A DNA stretch of 64,000 nt, taken from assembly GCF_001194135.2 (NCBI RefSeq), contig NC_068981.1, positions 18,149,758 to 18,213,757 on the forward strand, given 5' to 3'. Positions within the stretch are counted from its first letter, which is position 1; every line of letters starts with the position of its first letter. Below the pieces are notes generated by a model, which saw only the letters and a program-made list of their open reading frames with translations, ran no database searches and was not told the DNA's origin. This DNA comes from Octopus bimaculoides (lineage: Eukaryota). Positions 26,290 to 38,688 of this stretch are shown here, in pieces. A program made the position numbers and the translations under genes.

Positions 26290-27600
26290 GAAACTGAATA
26301 GACAGATGGTTGTGAATACTAAATCTTTTCCTGGTGAAGAATCTAACACTCAACACAGACTAGTGATTAGTGACTTCAGAGTTAGAACAGATGGACCAAA
26401 GAGAAAAAAACACAGTTTGGATAAGGCAGATATGGCAGCTAAAAATCCCTCGGTTTGATACAGGTTCAAGGAAGTACTAGGGTGACAAGCGAGTACTATC
26501 GGTGGGGTGGAGATACGGTTCTGTTTATTTCCTTTTCCTTTGTGGCTTGTATGTCCAGAAGGAGGAGAATTGAGGGTTTCTACTTTTACTCTTTTACTTG
26601 TTTTAGTCATTTGACTGCGGCCATGCTGGAGCACCACCTTTAGTCGATCAAATTGACCCCGGGACTTATTCTTTGTAAGCCTAGTACTTATTCTATTGGT
26701 CTGAGACAACTCTTAGACAACTCTTGGAGAAGTTCTGAGCATAGAATTAACCTCTGCTCCTAGTATTCATTTACCTGGGTAAGGCTATTGACAAGATACC
26801 ATTCTTTGTAGTCTGGTGATTGCTAATGAGGGATATATAAATTTTGTACAGAAATGCTGTCAGTAAGGTGAGAGCTAGAAATGAATTTTTTGAGGAAGCT
26901 AGTGTGTAGAGGTGTTTGTCACGGTCCATTTCTCAGGCCTTCTAGTTTATTATAGTATTAGTCCAAGTGATAACAGAGGAATTTAAGACCAGCTGTCCAT
27001 AGGAACTTCTGTATACTGATGTCTTAATTCTCATAGTTGAATTTGAAAGAAATTTGAAGGTCTGAAAGAAAATCTAGAAATTTGAAGGTCTGAAAGAAAA
27101 TCTAGCAAACACCAAAGTTTTGGTCTGCAGGAAAGAAAGATGGTAGAATTCTATTAATATTTTTGAGATGAGCATGATTGATATTCTGAAAAGGAATTGA
27201 AAGGGGTAGATTTTTATGATGAGCGTGTATAAAGTATACAAAGTGCAATATCGAATAGTAGAAAAAAGGGTATGGGTAATGAATATGGAGGATGGAGTGA
27301 AGGCTGAAAAGAAATGAGATGAGTATGTTTCTGCTGGATGAGTAATAATAGCAATACATGGAAGACAGAACACAAATAAACTGAGAGAAGAACTCAATAT
27401 AAAAATAATCAAATGTAATGTGTAAGAGAGAAGACCGTCACAACAGAGATGTGATGCATAAGGAGAATGACAGTTGGATAAAGAAGTCATAAGAGATCTA
27501 AATGGAAGGAGTCTGTGGAGGAGGAAAACCAATCAAGACACGGGAAGAAGTGATGAGATGCTGTGCTGGAGAAGAAGAGAAGCCTCATCCAACCAAACAT
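26290..27600 (+). mobile_element. Highly decayed, internally deleted RTE LINE (APE end, RT, C-terminus)
   Basis: KSFPGEESNTQHRLVISDFR; RQLLEKF, YLGKAIDKIP, AVSKVR, ITEEFKTSCP*ELLYTD; LREELNIK..ERR; EGVCGGGKPIKTREEV. A family A SINE tail is inserted at ~26575-26700. Confidence 0.8.
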
Positions 27601-27774
27601 AGTTATGTGAACAAATTCCACTGGTTCTATTCATTGGCATAACTTGTCAAAAATACAATTTCAAGATGGAGGCCTTTATATACATCTGTGTGCAAAATAA
27701 GAACAGTAGGGCTGTCGTGAAACACTTTTGTGCTCCTTCTTTGTATGTATGCATATGTGTATGTATACACACAT

Positions 27775-27807
<33 letters not shown>

Positions 27808-29059
27808 CACACACACGCACGCACACACACACACACGCACATCATTTAATGTCTATTTTCCATGCTGGTATTGGTTGGATGATTTTATAGGAAGTGGTTA
27901 GGCAGAAGACTGCACCAGGCTTCACTGTCTGTTTTGGCAGGGTTTTNNNNNNNNNNNNNNNNNNNNNNNNNNNNNNNNNNNNNNNNNNNNNNNNNNNNNN
28001 NNNNNNNNNNNNNNNNNNNNNNNNNNNNNNNNNNNNNNNNNNNNNNNNNNNNNNNNNNNNNNNNNNNNNNNNNNNNNNNNNNNNNNNNNNNNNNNNNNNN
28101 NNNNNNNNNNNNNNNNNNNNNNNNNNNNNNNNNNNNNNNNNNNNNNNNNNNNNNNNNNNNNNNNNNNNNNNNNNNNNNNNNNNNNNNNNNNNNNNNNNNN
28201 NNNNNNNNNNNNNNNNNNNNNNNNNNNNNNNNNNNNNNNNNNNNNNNNNNNNNNNNNNNNNNNNNNNNNNNNNNNNNNNNNNNNNNNNNNNNNNNNNNNN
28301 NNNNNNNNNNNNNNNNNNNNNNNNNNNNNNNNNNNNNNNNNNNNNNNNNNNNNNNNNNNNNNNNNNNNNNNNNNNNNNNNNNNNNNTATATATATACATA
28401 TATACGATGGGCTTCTTTCAGTTTCCGTCTACCAAATCCACTCACAAGGCTTTGGTTGCCCCGAGGCTATAGTAGAAGACACTTGCCCAACAAGCTACTT
28501 ACCACACAGCCACTCTTGCACCTTTTTGTCTACAAAATAAATATAAGATAAAAAAAAAATTATCAATTTTTATTATATTCATTATATATATATTGTTTCC
28601 GGTATAAATTAATATTACTAAGAAATATTACTGGCACATAAGAAAAAAAAACTGCTGGTACACCACATTAGATAGTTTGAGAAGCACTGGTCTAGGCCAC
28701 TATCTTTTCAGCCTTATATTTTAAGGTCGAAAGGGAAATAAATCTAATTTCTCCCCCTTTTTGCTTCTTTCTGTTTTCTTTTCTGTTTTCCAGTTTTTCA
28801 ACCTTCCACCTTTTATATCTACTTCTTTCTCACCTTTTCTCACCTTTTCACTCATCCTATCCTTCTATTTTTAGCTTGTTATGCCATGTGGGCAGTGCCT
28901 GAAGATTGTGCTGAGACATCAGACATGTTAAAAAAAATACTGTCTGGCATGGTTTCATTAGCACATAAAAGCATTTCTTGTGTTTATCAAATAATAATTG
29001 TAATATTTATCTCTCACTAGATGGAGCTTTTTTGATCTTACCATCAAAGAACAGAATAC

Positions 29060-29114
<55 letters not shown>

Positions 29115-29779
29115 GTGTATGTGTGTGTGTGTGTATGTGTGTGTACATACATATGCATGCATGTATGGCAATGAACACACAAAAAAGACAATGTAAGAAG
29201 AAGCTTTAAGACATTTACTAGTTAATATTTAAAAAGAAAAGAAAGAGTTTTGATGTTTCAGACAGTAGTCCTGCATCAGACAAAAATAGAGAGAGATGGT
29301 GGTTGAAAAGATAAAAAGAATGAGAAAAGGTATTTGATAAAAGTAAGAAGAGCCAGATAAATCTGCAGTTCTTTGGGGGTGAGTAAGGAAAGGAGGCAGA
29401 AGAGGGGAGGAGTGTAGAAGTTTAGGAAAGTTAAAAATTTGTTATATGCAACAAAAGCAGTATTAGGTTAAAGCAGCCATATATATATTATTTATTTTCA
29501 TTTAGTCAGGTGGCTATTTTTAACTCCACTATTTGTTTACTTGCCATTTCCCAACACATCAGTGGTGACAAATTTCATTAAGCATGTTGGCTGTGAGTAC
29601 ACACTATTGAAGATACTCAATGAAACAGAAATGTGTCTAGCATTCTCACTTGTCACAGCTGGGACAATTTTTCATCTTCCTCCAATATATATTGTGTTTT
29701 TAAAAACAGCGCATCCATAAGAGATGTTATCTCTGTATGAATACCACAGTAAATTTGACTAAGTATGACATATAAATGA

Positions 29780-29814
<35 letters not shown>

Positions 29815-30083
29815 TATATAGGGTGCAAGAGTGGCTGTGTGGTAAGTAGCTTGCTTACCAACAAGAGCATAAGTCCTTAGGGGCAATCCTGCATAGATCC
29901 ATGGATCTATGCAGGATTGCCCCTAAGTGCACAAGCTCTTGTTCCTATAACTTTGGAAAGTTGAACTATGAACTTTTATGCTTCTTTTTCTTCTTTCCAT
30001 TTCCTTATTCTTTTATTCCCTTCCTCTATGTCGTCATCTCATTAATATATACCATTCTCATTTTCCCTATTTTTCCCTGATTT

Positions 30084-30139
30084 GTCTCTGATGATGGAAT
30101 ACCCCATACTCAGAGATATCCCCGAAACAGCTGTAAGAC
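30084..30139 (+). ncRNA. Type-I minimal hammerhead ribozyme motif (stem II decayed)
   Basis: GTCT-CTGATGA-tggaatac...atatcccc-GAAAC-AGCT-GTA|AGAC. Stem I 4 bp, palindromic stem III ACAGCTGT, stem II 5/8 paired. Confidence 0.7.
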
Positions 30140-30312
30140 TTTGAATTTTTTCCAATAATAATATTGTATACAACTTGAGATGTTTACCTTGCCTTAATGT
30201 TTGTTGTCCTCTTTAACAAGTATATATATATATAGCCTGAATGAGCTGCATTTGTTAAAAACCTGTGAAACTGTAAGCAGTATGGAGCCAAATCAAATTG
30301 TTTTAAATGATG

Positions 30313-30382
<70 letters not shown>

Positions 30383-30387
30383 TGATG

Positions 30388-30442
<55 letters not shown>

Positions 30443-30494
30443 GTATGTATACAGACATTATAAACCACATATATCATGCTTAATGTATAAGCTC

Positions 30495-30755
30495 TGGTGG
30501 AGAATACTTGCTCAAAGCATTGGGTGTTAAAACACCTGAAAATCATGGAAAGTGAGATAACTCATCTTTAATCCCATTCAAGAGTGATGGACATTGATGT
30601 TTCACCATTTTTGTGGTTTCTCAAGATCAACATCAAAAATGGTGTAACACTGATATCTGTTGTTCCTGGATGGGATTAAAGATGAGTTATCTCACTTTCC
30701 ATGACTTTCAGGTGTTTTAACACCTAGCATGTTTTTTAGGGAATATTCTCCACCA
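30495..30755. repeat. Fold-back (inverted repeat) element
   Basis: tggtggagaata...ggtgttaaaacacctgaaaatcatggaaagtgagataactcatctttaatccca is mirrored at the right end. Inner aaaaatggtg/caccattttt is also mirrored. Confidence 0.8.
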
Positions 30756-30977
30756 TGTGAGACTGGAGCCTACTGGCAAATACACGAAAATTATGATTTA
30801 AGTATATGCAGTTGGTAATGTTTGTTCTTAAATATAAAGGAAACCTATGACCTAAAGAAAGACCTCCATGCTATTATAGCAAAGTAAATGATTATGTTTG
30901 AAAAAAGTTATCAAATACAACAAATATATATCTATTTCCCTCCTATGGGTGTACCTCAGTCACATAAACAAACAGAC

Positions 30978-31032
<55 letters not shown>

Positions 31033-31049
31033 TTGATGATGATGATGAA

Positions 31050-31123
<74 letters not shown>

Positions 31124-31739
31124 ATACAGCTGCACTGACCTATTCCATTAAGATCTCTATCATGTCAAATTCCAGAACAACATGCCGTCAGCTTTGCCGA
31201 TCGCCCAAGCTCTACTTTGGCTTCTTTTAAAGTGTGATGGCAGCAAGTTGCAGAGGGGAAAGATAATTTCCATGATTAAAGAGAATTAAAACAAGTGTAA
31301 GAGAGGATAAACTGTCAACTATTGGTATTATGTGATAAACTGTTTCAGTTTCGGTTATCTATTGACAGCATCAGTGATGTCATTATAAAGAAAAGAAGAA
31401 ACAAACTCTTCTGTTTTTATATTTTTAATTTTTTTTTTTTGCTTTTACATTTTTATCTCTTAATCTTGTCACAGTTTACGAATTATGTTTCATTATCTGG
31501 CACCATTTTGCACCAATATTTCACTTCTAACAACAAGATATTTTCCGACACTGGCAACACACATTCCTCGTCTCATTTTTACTATTTGTCTTGAAAACTG
31601 AAGAAGTTAAGCTTTGTGTTATAATGGAGTGACTTTTTCTCATTTTGGAAATGAATTTGTCATGTATCATTGTGGTATTCTTGCCAAGATCTCATGCTGC
31701 TTGAACCTTCCCTACTGTGTGTGCACCCCCCACACACAA

Positions 31740-31770
<31 letters not shown>

Positions 31771-31914
31771 TTGACATACATGCTTGCATAAGCTTAAGCA
31801 CACATCGACAAACACATGCACGTCCATTAATACACATAAACACACTCATGACCACAGATAGATACATACACATACACCACCATAAATTAATACATGCATA
31901 CATTTCCATAACAA

Positions 31915-31952
<38 letters not shown>

Positions 31953-32689
31953 CACAATAAACAAATACACACACACACACATTTTCTTGCTGTTGTCTTC
32001 ATTGTCATTTCCATGCCAAGTTGAGATCATGTATGTAGTTACTTCATCATCATCATCATCATCATCACCATTTAATGTCTGTTCTCTATGCTGGCAAGGT
32101 TTGGACAGTTTGACTGGAACAGGTAAGCTGAAGGGCTGCACCAGGCTCCAGTCATCAGTTTTGTCATGGTTTCTACAGCTGGGTGCCCTTCCTAACACCA
32201 ACCACTTTACAGAGTGCACCAGGTCCTTTTTTTTACATGGTGCCACATGAACACTTTTTATATGGCACTGGCACAGGTGTTCTTTACATGGTACCAGTGT
32301 AGGTGCTGTTTTGCATGGTACTGGCATGTGTGCCTTTTATGTGGTACCAGCACGGGTGCTTTTCACCTACTAAAAATAACAGCCAAATCTCTCACAAATC
32401 ATATCCAATTATCTCAAAAAATTTTAAAACACTGTGTGTAATGTAGTGCTAAGTATGAAAGATATCTGGTCATGGCTGAAACCTCTTTAACCCTAGGTCT
32501 GCTCAATCAAGGTCAGCCTGGAGGTGAACATCGAGGGCTTTGTATTGGAACATGATAATATTCTGGCCAATACTTTTGAACAAAGAGCTTTTCAATTATT
32601 CTCTGACAAAACAGAATTCTTCAGCCTTTCTCTCTATATGTAGCGGTCATCATGTATTATACACCTGCAGCACATTGATGACCCTATAA

Positions 32690-32920
32690 TGAAAGTCTTT
32701 CTGGTTAAATTGAGTTCTTCAGCTGCCTTACCACTTTTGTCTAACCAGCTCCGGATGTTGTCCATCCATTGCATTCTATGCCTGCCTCTTGATCTACTAC
32801 CCTCTACTCTTCCTTCCATGATAATACTTTCCAGGCCATATCCTATCCCTGAGAAAGGCAATTTCTCTAGACATAATCTGCTCTAATTAACACCTGCCCT
32901 ATTGCTCCCACATCAGACAT
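32690..32920 (-). mobile_element. RTE (BovB-like) LINE C-terminal fragment
   Basis: GLESIIMEGRVEGSRSRGRHRMQWMDNIRSW on the minus strand. Confidence 0.75.
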
Positions 32921-34774
32921 CTGTGAAGAGATGGAAATTATTGTAAGTGATAACCTTCAGTACTATAGGGAATTTCTCTCTCTCTCTCTCCCTCTCTCTT
33001 CTGTCTCAGTCAACATCAGAATAGTTTCTTCAAAGCCACATTAACTGGACAGTTTCTCATTTAGAAGACAGACATTAGTAAATAGTTGTTCACAACTGAA
33101 GCAGCATTAATGCCAAAAGACAATATTTACCCCATTTAATAGACGGGGGTGGGGGTGGGGGCTCTGAAAGGGGTCTCAGGGAGTAGTGTCCCTGCCTTCC
33201 TGAGTTAGTTTTCCACCACATTCTTAAAAATCGTGGTAGAGGCCTTAATCTTGGAGCCACTCATGCTTAGAAACTGAGGTTGGGGGTAAGCAAGGGAATT
33301 CCCCACCGTAGTAAATCCAGCTCCATAAAGGCCTCATGATAGCAAGGGAGAATGGGCACCAGCTAGCCTGCCCAAAGGTTGAGGTGGGCTGCACCTACCT
33401 GCGTCAGTTGCTACAACATTGAGGTAGATCTGGCCACCCCCGTTAATGGGGGACAAAACCTGGATTTAAAACACTGGATGATGATGATGATGATGATGAT
33501 TTAAATGCAGATGTGTTAAAACACAGAACACTGTGGTAGTTACCATGAAAGAAACTCTCATTTTGGCTTTTGGTGTATGGCAATGGTGGATGCTTTATCA
33601 CCCCACTAGCGATGTAAACAAGAGTGCTTATATGCACCAAAAGCCAATATGAGTGTGTCTTTCATAATAAGTACTGCAGTGCTCTGTGGTCTGACACAAC
33701 ATCCACTTTTAAGTGGGAAGAGATATTACCTGCAGGGCATCAGTCTTTAGCTTTTAACAGCCTTAATCAAAATCAAGTTATTATCACATTCCTTGTGTTA
33801 ATTAAGCAGACCTATTATCAAAAGTATTCCAGTCATGGCAGCCCCATCTTTTATTTAGACATTATATATTTAGTGTTGTATTAACTAGTGTGGCTTTTCT
33901 TTTCTTAGGTAATATGGTCTGATTTGAGGAAAATTTGTTTCTATTTCTTGCAGGATGATTGACCATGGAAGGGCCTCACCTCTTTGTTGGCTCATGCTAA
34001 ACAAGTCTTTTGTCATTGATGTAACCAAAGTCTTTGACATGTTTGGCAATGTAATCTGATAAATTTGTCCATATATAGAATCTATCTGTCACTAAATGAT
34101 TATATTAATACAGAAAACATTTTACAACACCAAGTCTATCCTGCATTAGATAACTATCAATATATCTAAGATGATGTGCTTATAAAACACAACTACACAC
34201 ACACACACACACAGCCGCACACACACACACACACACACACACATNNNNNNNNNNNNNNNNNNNNNNNNNNNNNNNNNNNNNNNNNNNNNNNNNNNNNNNN
34301 NNNNNNNNNNNNNNNNNNNNNNNNNNNNNNNNNNNNNNNNNNNNNNNNNNNNNNNNNNNNNNNNNNNNNNNNNNNNNNNNNNNNNNNNNNNNNNNNNNNN
34401 NNNNNNNNNNNNNNNNNNNNNNNNNNNNNNNNNNNNNNNNNNNNNNNNNNNNNNNNNNNNNNNNNNNNNNNNNNNNNNNNNNNNNNNNNNNNNNNNNNNN
34501 NNNNNNNNNNNNNNNNNNNCACACACACACACACACACACACACAGAGTCACACACACACACACAACCACACACACATGCACACACCCACACACACAAAC
34601 ACACAGTCTCTCTCTCACACTCACACACACACACATACACACACACATAAATGTTCAAACGTTCTAAATCATATCCATATCTTTCTGATAAGTAAGTCTT
34701 CACACACCAATGATCAACAATCATTGGTTATGGTCACTAACACTTTACAGTCATTAATTCCTGCTATGTCTTTT

Positions 34775-34814
<40 letters not shown>

Positions 34815-35088
34815 AGTCTCTGCTTTGATGAACTCACTGACAAATTTGCCCTTCTGTCTAAACCATACCATGCACCAATCTTTTCATGCCCATCCTATCA
34901 GACCTTGTACTTTTTTATAGCTGTATTTTGTATTTTACTGGAATTTTTTTGTCTGCCCGAGCTTTGGCTAATGTTACTTCTTAGATGAACATAAATAAAT
35001 TCATTCAAAACGACTGACTTCTAACAAATTGTCACAATATCATGTTGTAGCCACCCTTAAATGCCACCTGTTTGTTTTCTGTCCACAG

Positions 35089-35205
35089 AGAGGTCTCAAA
35101 TATACTGACAGAAGAGTTACATGTAAATGTCTACCAACAGAGCAGTAGTTCAAATCTTGAAGTTTTTGCTAAACAGCCTTTGGAAAAAAGCTTAAATTTT
35201 AAGAG
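35089..35205 (+). CDS. Internal exon B of the same gene
   Basis: Acceptor ctgtttgttttctgtccacag, donor GAG|gtttgt. 117 nt, phase 2 to 2, encodes EVSNILTEELHVNVYQQSSSSNLEVFAKQPLEKSLNFK. Joined to exon A it reads WNEKFELEVSNILTEELHVNVY, a typical C2 strand pair. Confidence 0.82.
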
Positions 35206-35258
35206 GTTTGTTTGTTTAATAGTTTTTTATCTGATTAATTAAATAATTTTATTCATTA

Positions 35259-36532
35259 TCAGATCATTAAGAATGAAATGTGTGATTTTCTTATGCACCA
35301 AGTTTAACAGTCGTTAACTCTAATTTTTTATCCTGACAATTCTTTGTTTTACAACATTGAAGAGTTACACCATCACTTTTCGAAATGCAATTCATGGTGT
35401 CTGATTATATTGTGAGTTTTTTTCTTGTAAACCAATTTTTGTGAACCCATGGAGAAATAAAAAATTCACGTTGTTTATGAATATGAGTTCCGTCATGGAA
35501 CCAATACATTCAGATAGCTTGAAACATCAATGTTTGGTGAAGATGTGGCGAATGATTGCACTGTACATCGATGGTTTGAGAAGTTCCGATCTGGTGACTT
35601 TACTCTTGAAAATCAGCCCTGTGGTAGACCTGAGACCAAGGGGGATAATGATGAGCTGGAAACTGTAATGGAAGTGGATATGAACTATGCATGAGTTAGC
35701 AGCAAAGTCTGATGTTTCGATTCCAACTGTTTTGGACCATCCGAAACAAATCAGCAAGGTAAAGAAGCTGGACAAGTGGGTACCATACGAACTGAACGAG
35801 CGTCAAATGACACAACATCTTGAAACTTGCTTTTCTTTGCTGTCACAGTATAAAAGTGAACCATTTTCACATTGTATTGTTATGTGTGATGAAAAATGGA
35901 TTCTTTTCAACAATAGCAAGCATTCTGCATGGTGGTTGGATAGAGACGAAGTAGCAAAACACAACCCATAAAAGAACATTCACCAAAAAAAGCTAATGGT
36001 GTCTGTTTGGTGGTCCGGCACTGGTGTCATCCACTACAGCTTCATGAGACTTGGTAAGTCAATTACAGCGGGTGTATACTTCAACTAATTGGATGAAATG
36101 ATGAGTGAGCTTGCAATTAAACAACCGAGATTAGTCAATAGAGACAAGCCAATTCTCTTGCAAGACAATGCTTGACCACCTGTTGCACAAAGAACGCTAC
36201 TCAAGTTACAGGAACTGAACTTGGAAGTACTCTGTCATCCACCATATTCACCAGACCTTGCACCAACTGACTATCACATTTTCCAGGCTTTAGACAACTT
36301 TTTGCAAGGAAAAACTTCAAATCTGAAGAAGATGCAAAAATAGCCTTTTGTGATTTCCTCACCTCTTGCTCTCCAGAATTCTTTGCTGCCAACATAAATA
36401 AGCTGCCGATAAAACGGCAAAATTGTATTGATAACTTAGGTGCATACTTTGATTAACTGCATCACCTTTTCTTGAGATAAAATGAAATAAACTTTCAGTT
36501 CAAAATCGAACATTTCATTCTTAATGACCTGA
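35259..36532 (+). mobile_element. Full-length (1274 bp) mariner transposon, transposase pseudogene
   Basis: TA TSD on both sides. TIR tcagatcattaagaatgaaatg / catttcattcttaatgacctga (1 mismatch). ATG at 35449 reads MEK*KIHVVYEYEFRHG, with WVPYEL, CDEKW, QDNA*P and HPPYSPDLAPTDY. Several stops and frameshifts. Confidence 0.92.
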
Positions 36533-37277
36533 TAGTTAATTAAAGTTGCTTCACTATTTAATGCAGTGTTTTAGTAGAGCTAATCTTTTAGGTAGTAAAC
36601 TTATACTTGGTGAATGGTTTAATGCAACCATCTGATCTTTGGATATTTTTAATGGAGTTCATTATGCTTGCAAGAATTTAGACCAAATTTTGAGTTTGAG
36701 ATTAATATTTTTTCTCTTTCTCAAATGAGTCTTAAATATCTAAAAAAAGAAATAAAGAAACAAAAACACAAATAAAGGTTACAATTCTATATTTCTTAGA
36801 TGAGGAATTTATATAATGTATTCTGTTTATATTTGTCAGACTGATTTACTCCTCGTGATTGCTGATTTCACTACATTTCAGCTGTTATACATTCTAGCCT
36901 CCTTCAGGTGTCTTGTGTTGAATTCGATTGTTGTATCAGAGCATAGTAAAAAAAGATGTTGGTTAATGCAGTTCAGTCACCTAGAGGTTCTGAGTTCAAT
37001 CCCATGCAACACACTAAGGTAATTAACACAAAATCAACTGAAGGAAAAAAAAAAATGTCATGAAATACAGAGAGCATAATAAAAACAGTGTACAGCTGTG
37101 GATCAAATAAAGGTTTAGGTTTGAAATTCTGATAGAACAACCGAGTTCAACATTAGACACCGGAAGAAAGCTGGAGCATACAACAGTTGAAACGGAGTGA
37201 AAGCAACAACAACCAAGATGACGACACCAGCCTGACTAATATAAAGGGTATACATAAAGGGTCAATAGTACATTATT

Positions 37278-37941
37278 TACATTATTTACATTTGACGGAT
37301 GTTTGTCCTCATCTTGTTTGTTGTTAACACGTTTCAGCTGATATACCCTCCAGTCTTCATCAGGTATCTTGGGGAAATTTCGAACTTGGGTTCTCATTTG
37401 TAAGGTATTTTTCGATATTATTATTATTACTATTATTCAGGTCACTGCCTGGAATTGAACTCAGAATCTTGGGGTTAGTAGCCCGTGCTCTTAACCACTA
37501 TGCCATATGACCGTGGGCATATGGCATAGTGGTTAAGAGTTCAATTCCAGGCATATGGTGTAGTGGTTAAGAGCACGGCCTACTAACCCCAAGATTCCGA
37601 GTTTGATTCCAGGTAGTGACCTGAATAATAATCATCATCATCATCATCATCGTTTAACGTCCGCTTTCCATGCTAGCATGGGTTGGACGATTTGACTGAG
37701 GACTGGTGAAACCGGATGGCAACACCAGGCTCCAGTCTGATTTGGCAGAGTTTCTACAACTGGATGCCCTTCCTAACGCCAACCAATAATAATAATAACA
37801 TCATAAAATATCTTAGGAATGAGAACCCAGGTTCAAAATTTCCCCAAGACACCCGATGAAGGCTGGAAGGTATATCAGCTGAAACGTGTTAACAACAAAC
37901 AACAAGATGAGGACAAATATCCGTCATATGTAAATAATGTA
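37278..37941. mobile_element. Head-to-head inverted dimer of a tRNA-headed SINE-like element with a hammerhead-like 3' module
   Basis: The arms are reverse complements with scattered mismatches. The head TGGTGTAGTGG...GAGTTTGATTCC looks like Pol III A/B boxes. Each arm has GAYAC-CYGATGA-A-GRCTG/CAGCT-GAAAC-GTGTT. An RTE-tail copy interrupts the right arm at 37633-37784. Confidence 0.8.
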
Positions 37942-38289
37942 CATAATTCCTCATCTCTTAAATATAGAACTGTATTAGGGTCAATAGTCTTGTCCTTTCT
38001 TCTGACTAAATGATTAAAAAAAAAAAAAAAAAAAATTACCTAACCCTCTCTCAAATCACATGTCATGTGTCACAACTGTATAATCTTGTCATCTTTCAAA
38101 TCATAAGCTTATCCTTAGACGATACTCCTAACAGCTTTTTGTGGAATTTAGCAGATGAGAGACAGCCTTCTCCTGAAGAACTGAACTCAACTAACCATGC
38201 TAATGAAATATTTGTTCACTTTTTTGACACTGAATGACCTGAAACTATCCTTGATCTTTTGGTCCTGTGATATAAACTTCCTGTTTTAA

Positions 38290-38512
38290 CCCTTTTGTTA
38301 CTGTATTTATTTTGAGATGCTCTGTATTTCTTTCAATTAATTTTAAATATAACAAAGAATTTAGTAAAATAACTTAGTTATCATTAAACTAGTGTTAGGA
38401 ACATAAATTGCGACTAAGGTTTGGTGGAAGATTTTTTATTCAAAACTTATGAAAATAAAACATTTTTACTACAGAGCCAGAGGCGGTTTCAGACGGTTCG
38501 GTATCAAAAGGG
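38290..38512. mobile_element. piggyBac-type MITE
   Basis: TTAA on both sides. Termini CCCTTTTGTTACTG / CGGTATCAAAAGGG (12/14). 223 bp. Confidence 0.75.
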
Positions 38513-38688
38513 TTAAAGTAATTGAAGTTAAAACTTTAAATTACTATTATTGTGTCTCTTTGTATAGTGTTTGCAGTGTGTTGTGTTGTATGTTGCGGTT
38601 ATATTCTATGTTCTATGTGTATGAGTTAGATTTTGCAGCAAAACTTTATTAATATTGTGTAACACAGTCAAACATCTTCTATTTGCAG

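Noticed and set aside
31325-31382. Minus-strand CTGATGC...GAAAC-TG-AAA-CA-GTT
   Set aside because: Good stem III but mutated core and no stem I pairing.
37551-37621. tRNA-like sequence (also SINE heads at 18134, 44810 and 55700)
   Set aside because: A/B boxes only. No complete cloverleaf, and embedded in repeats, so not tRNA genes.
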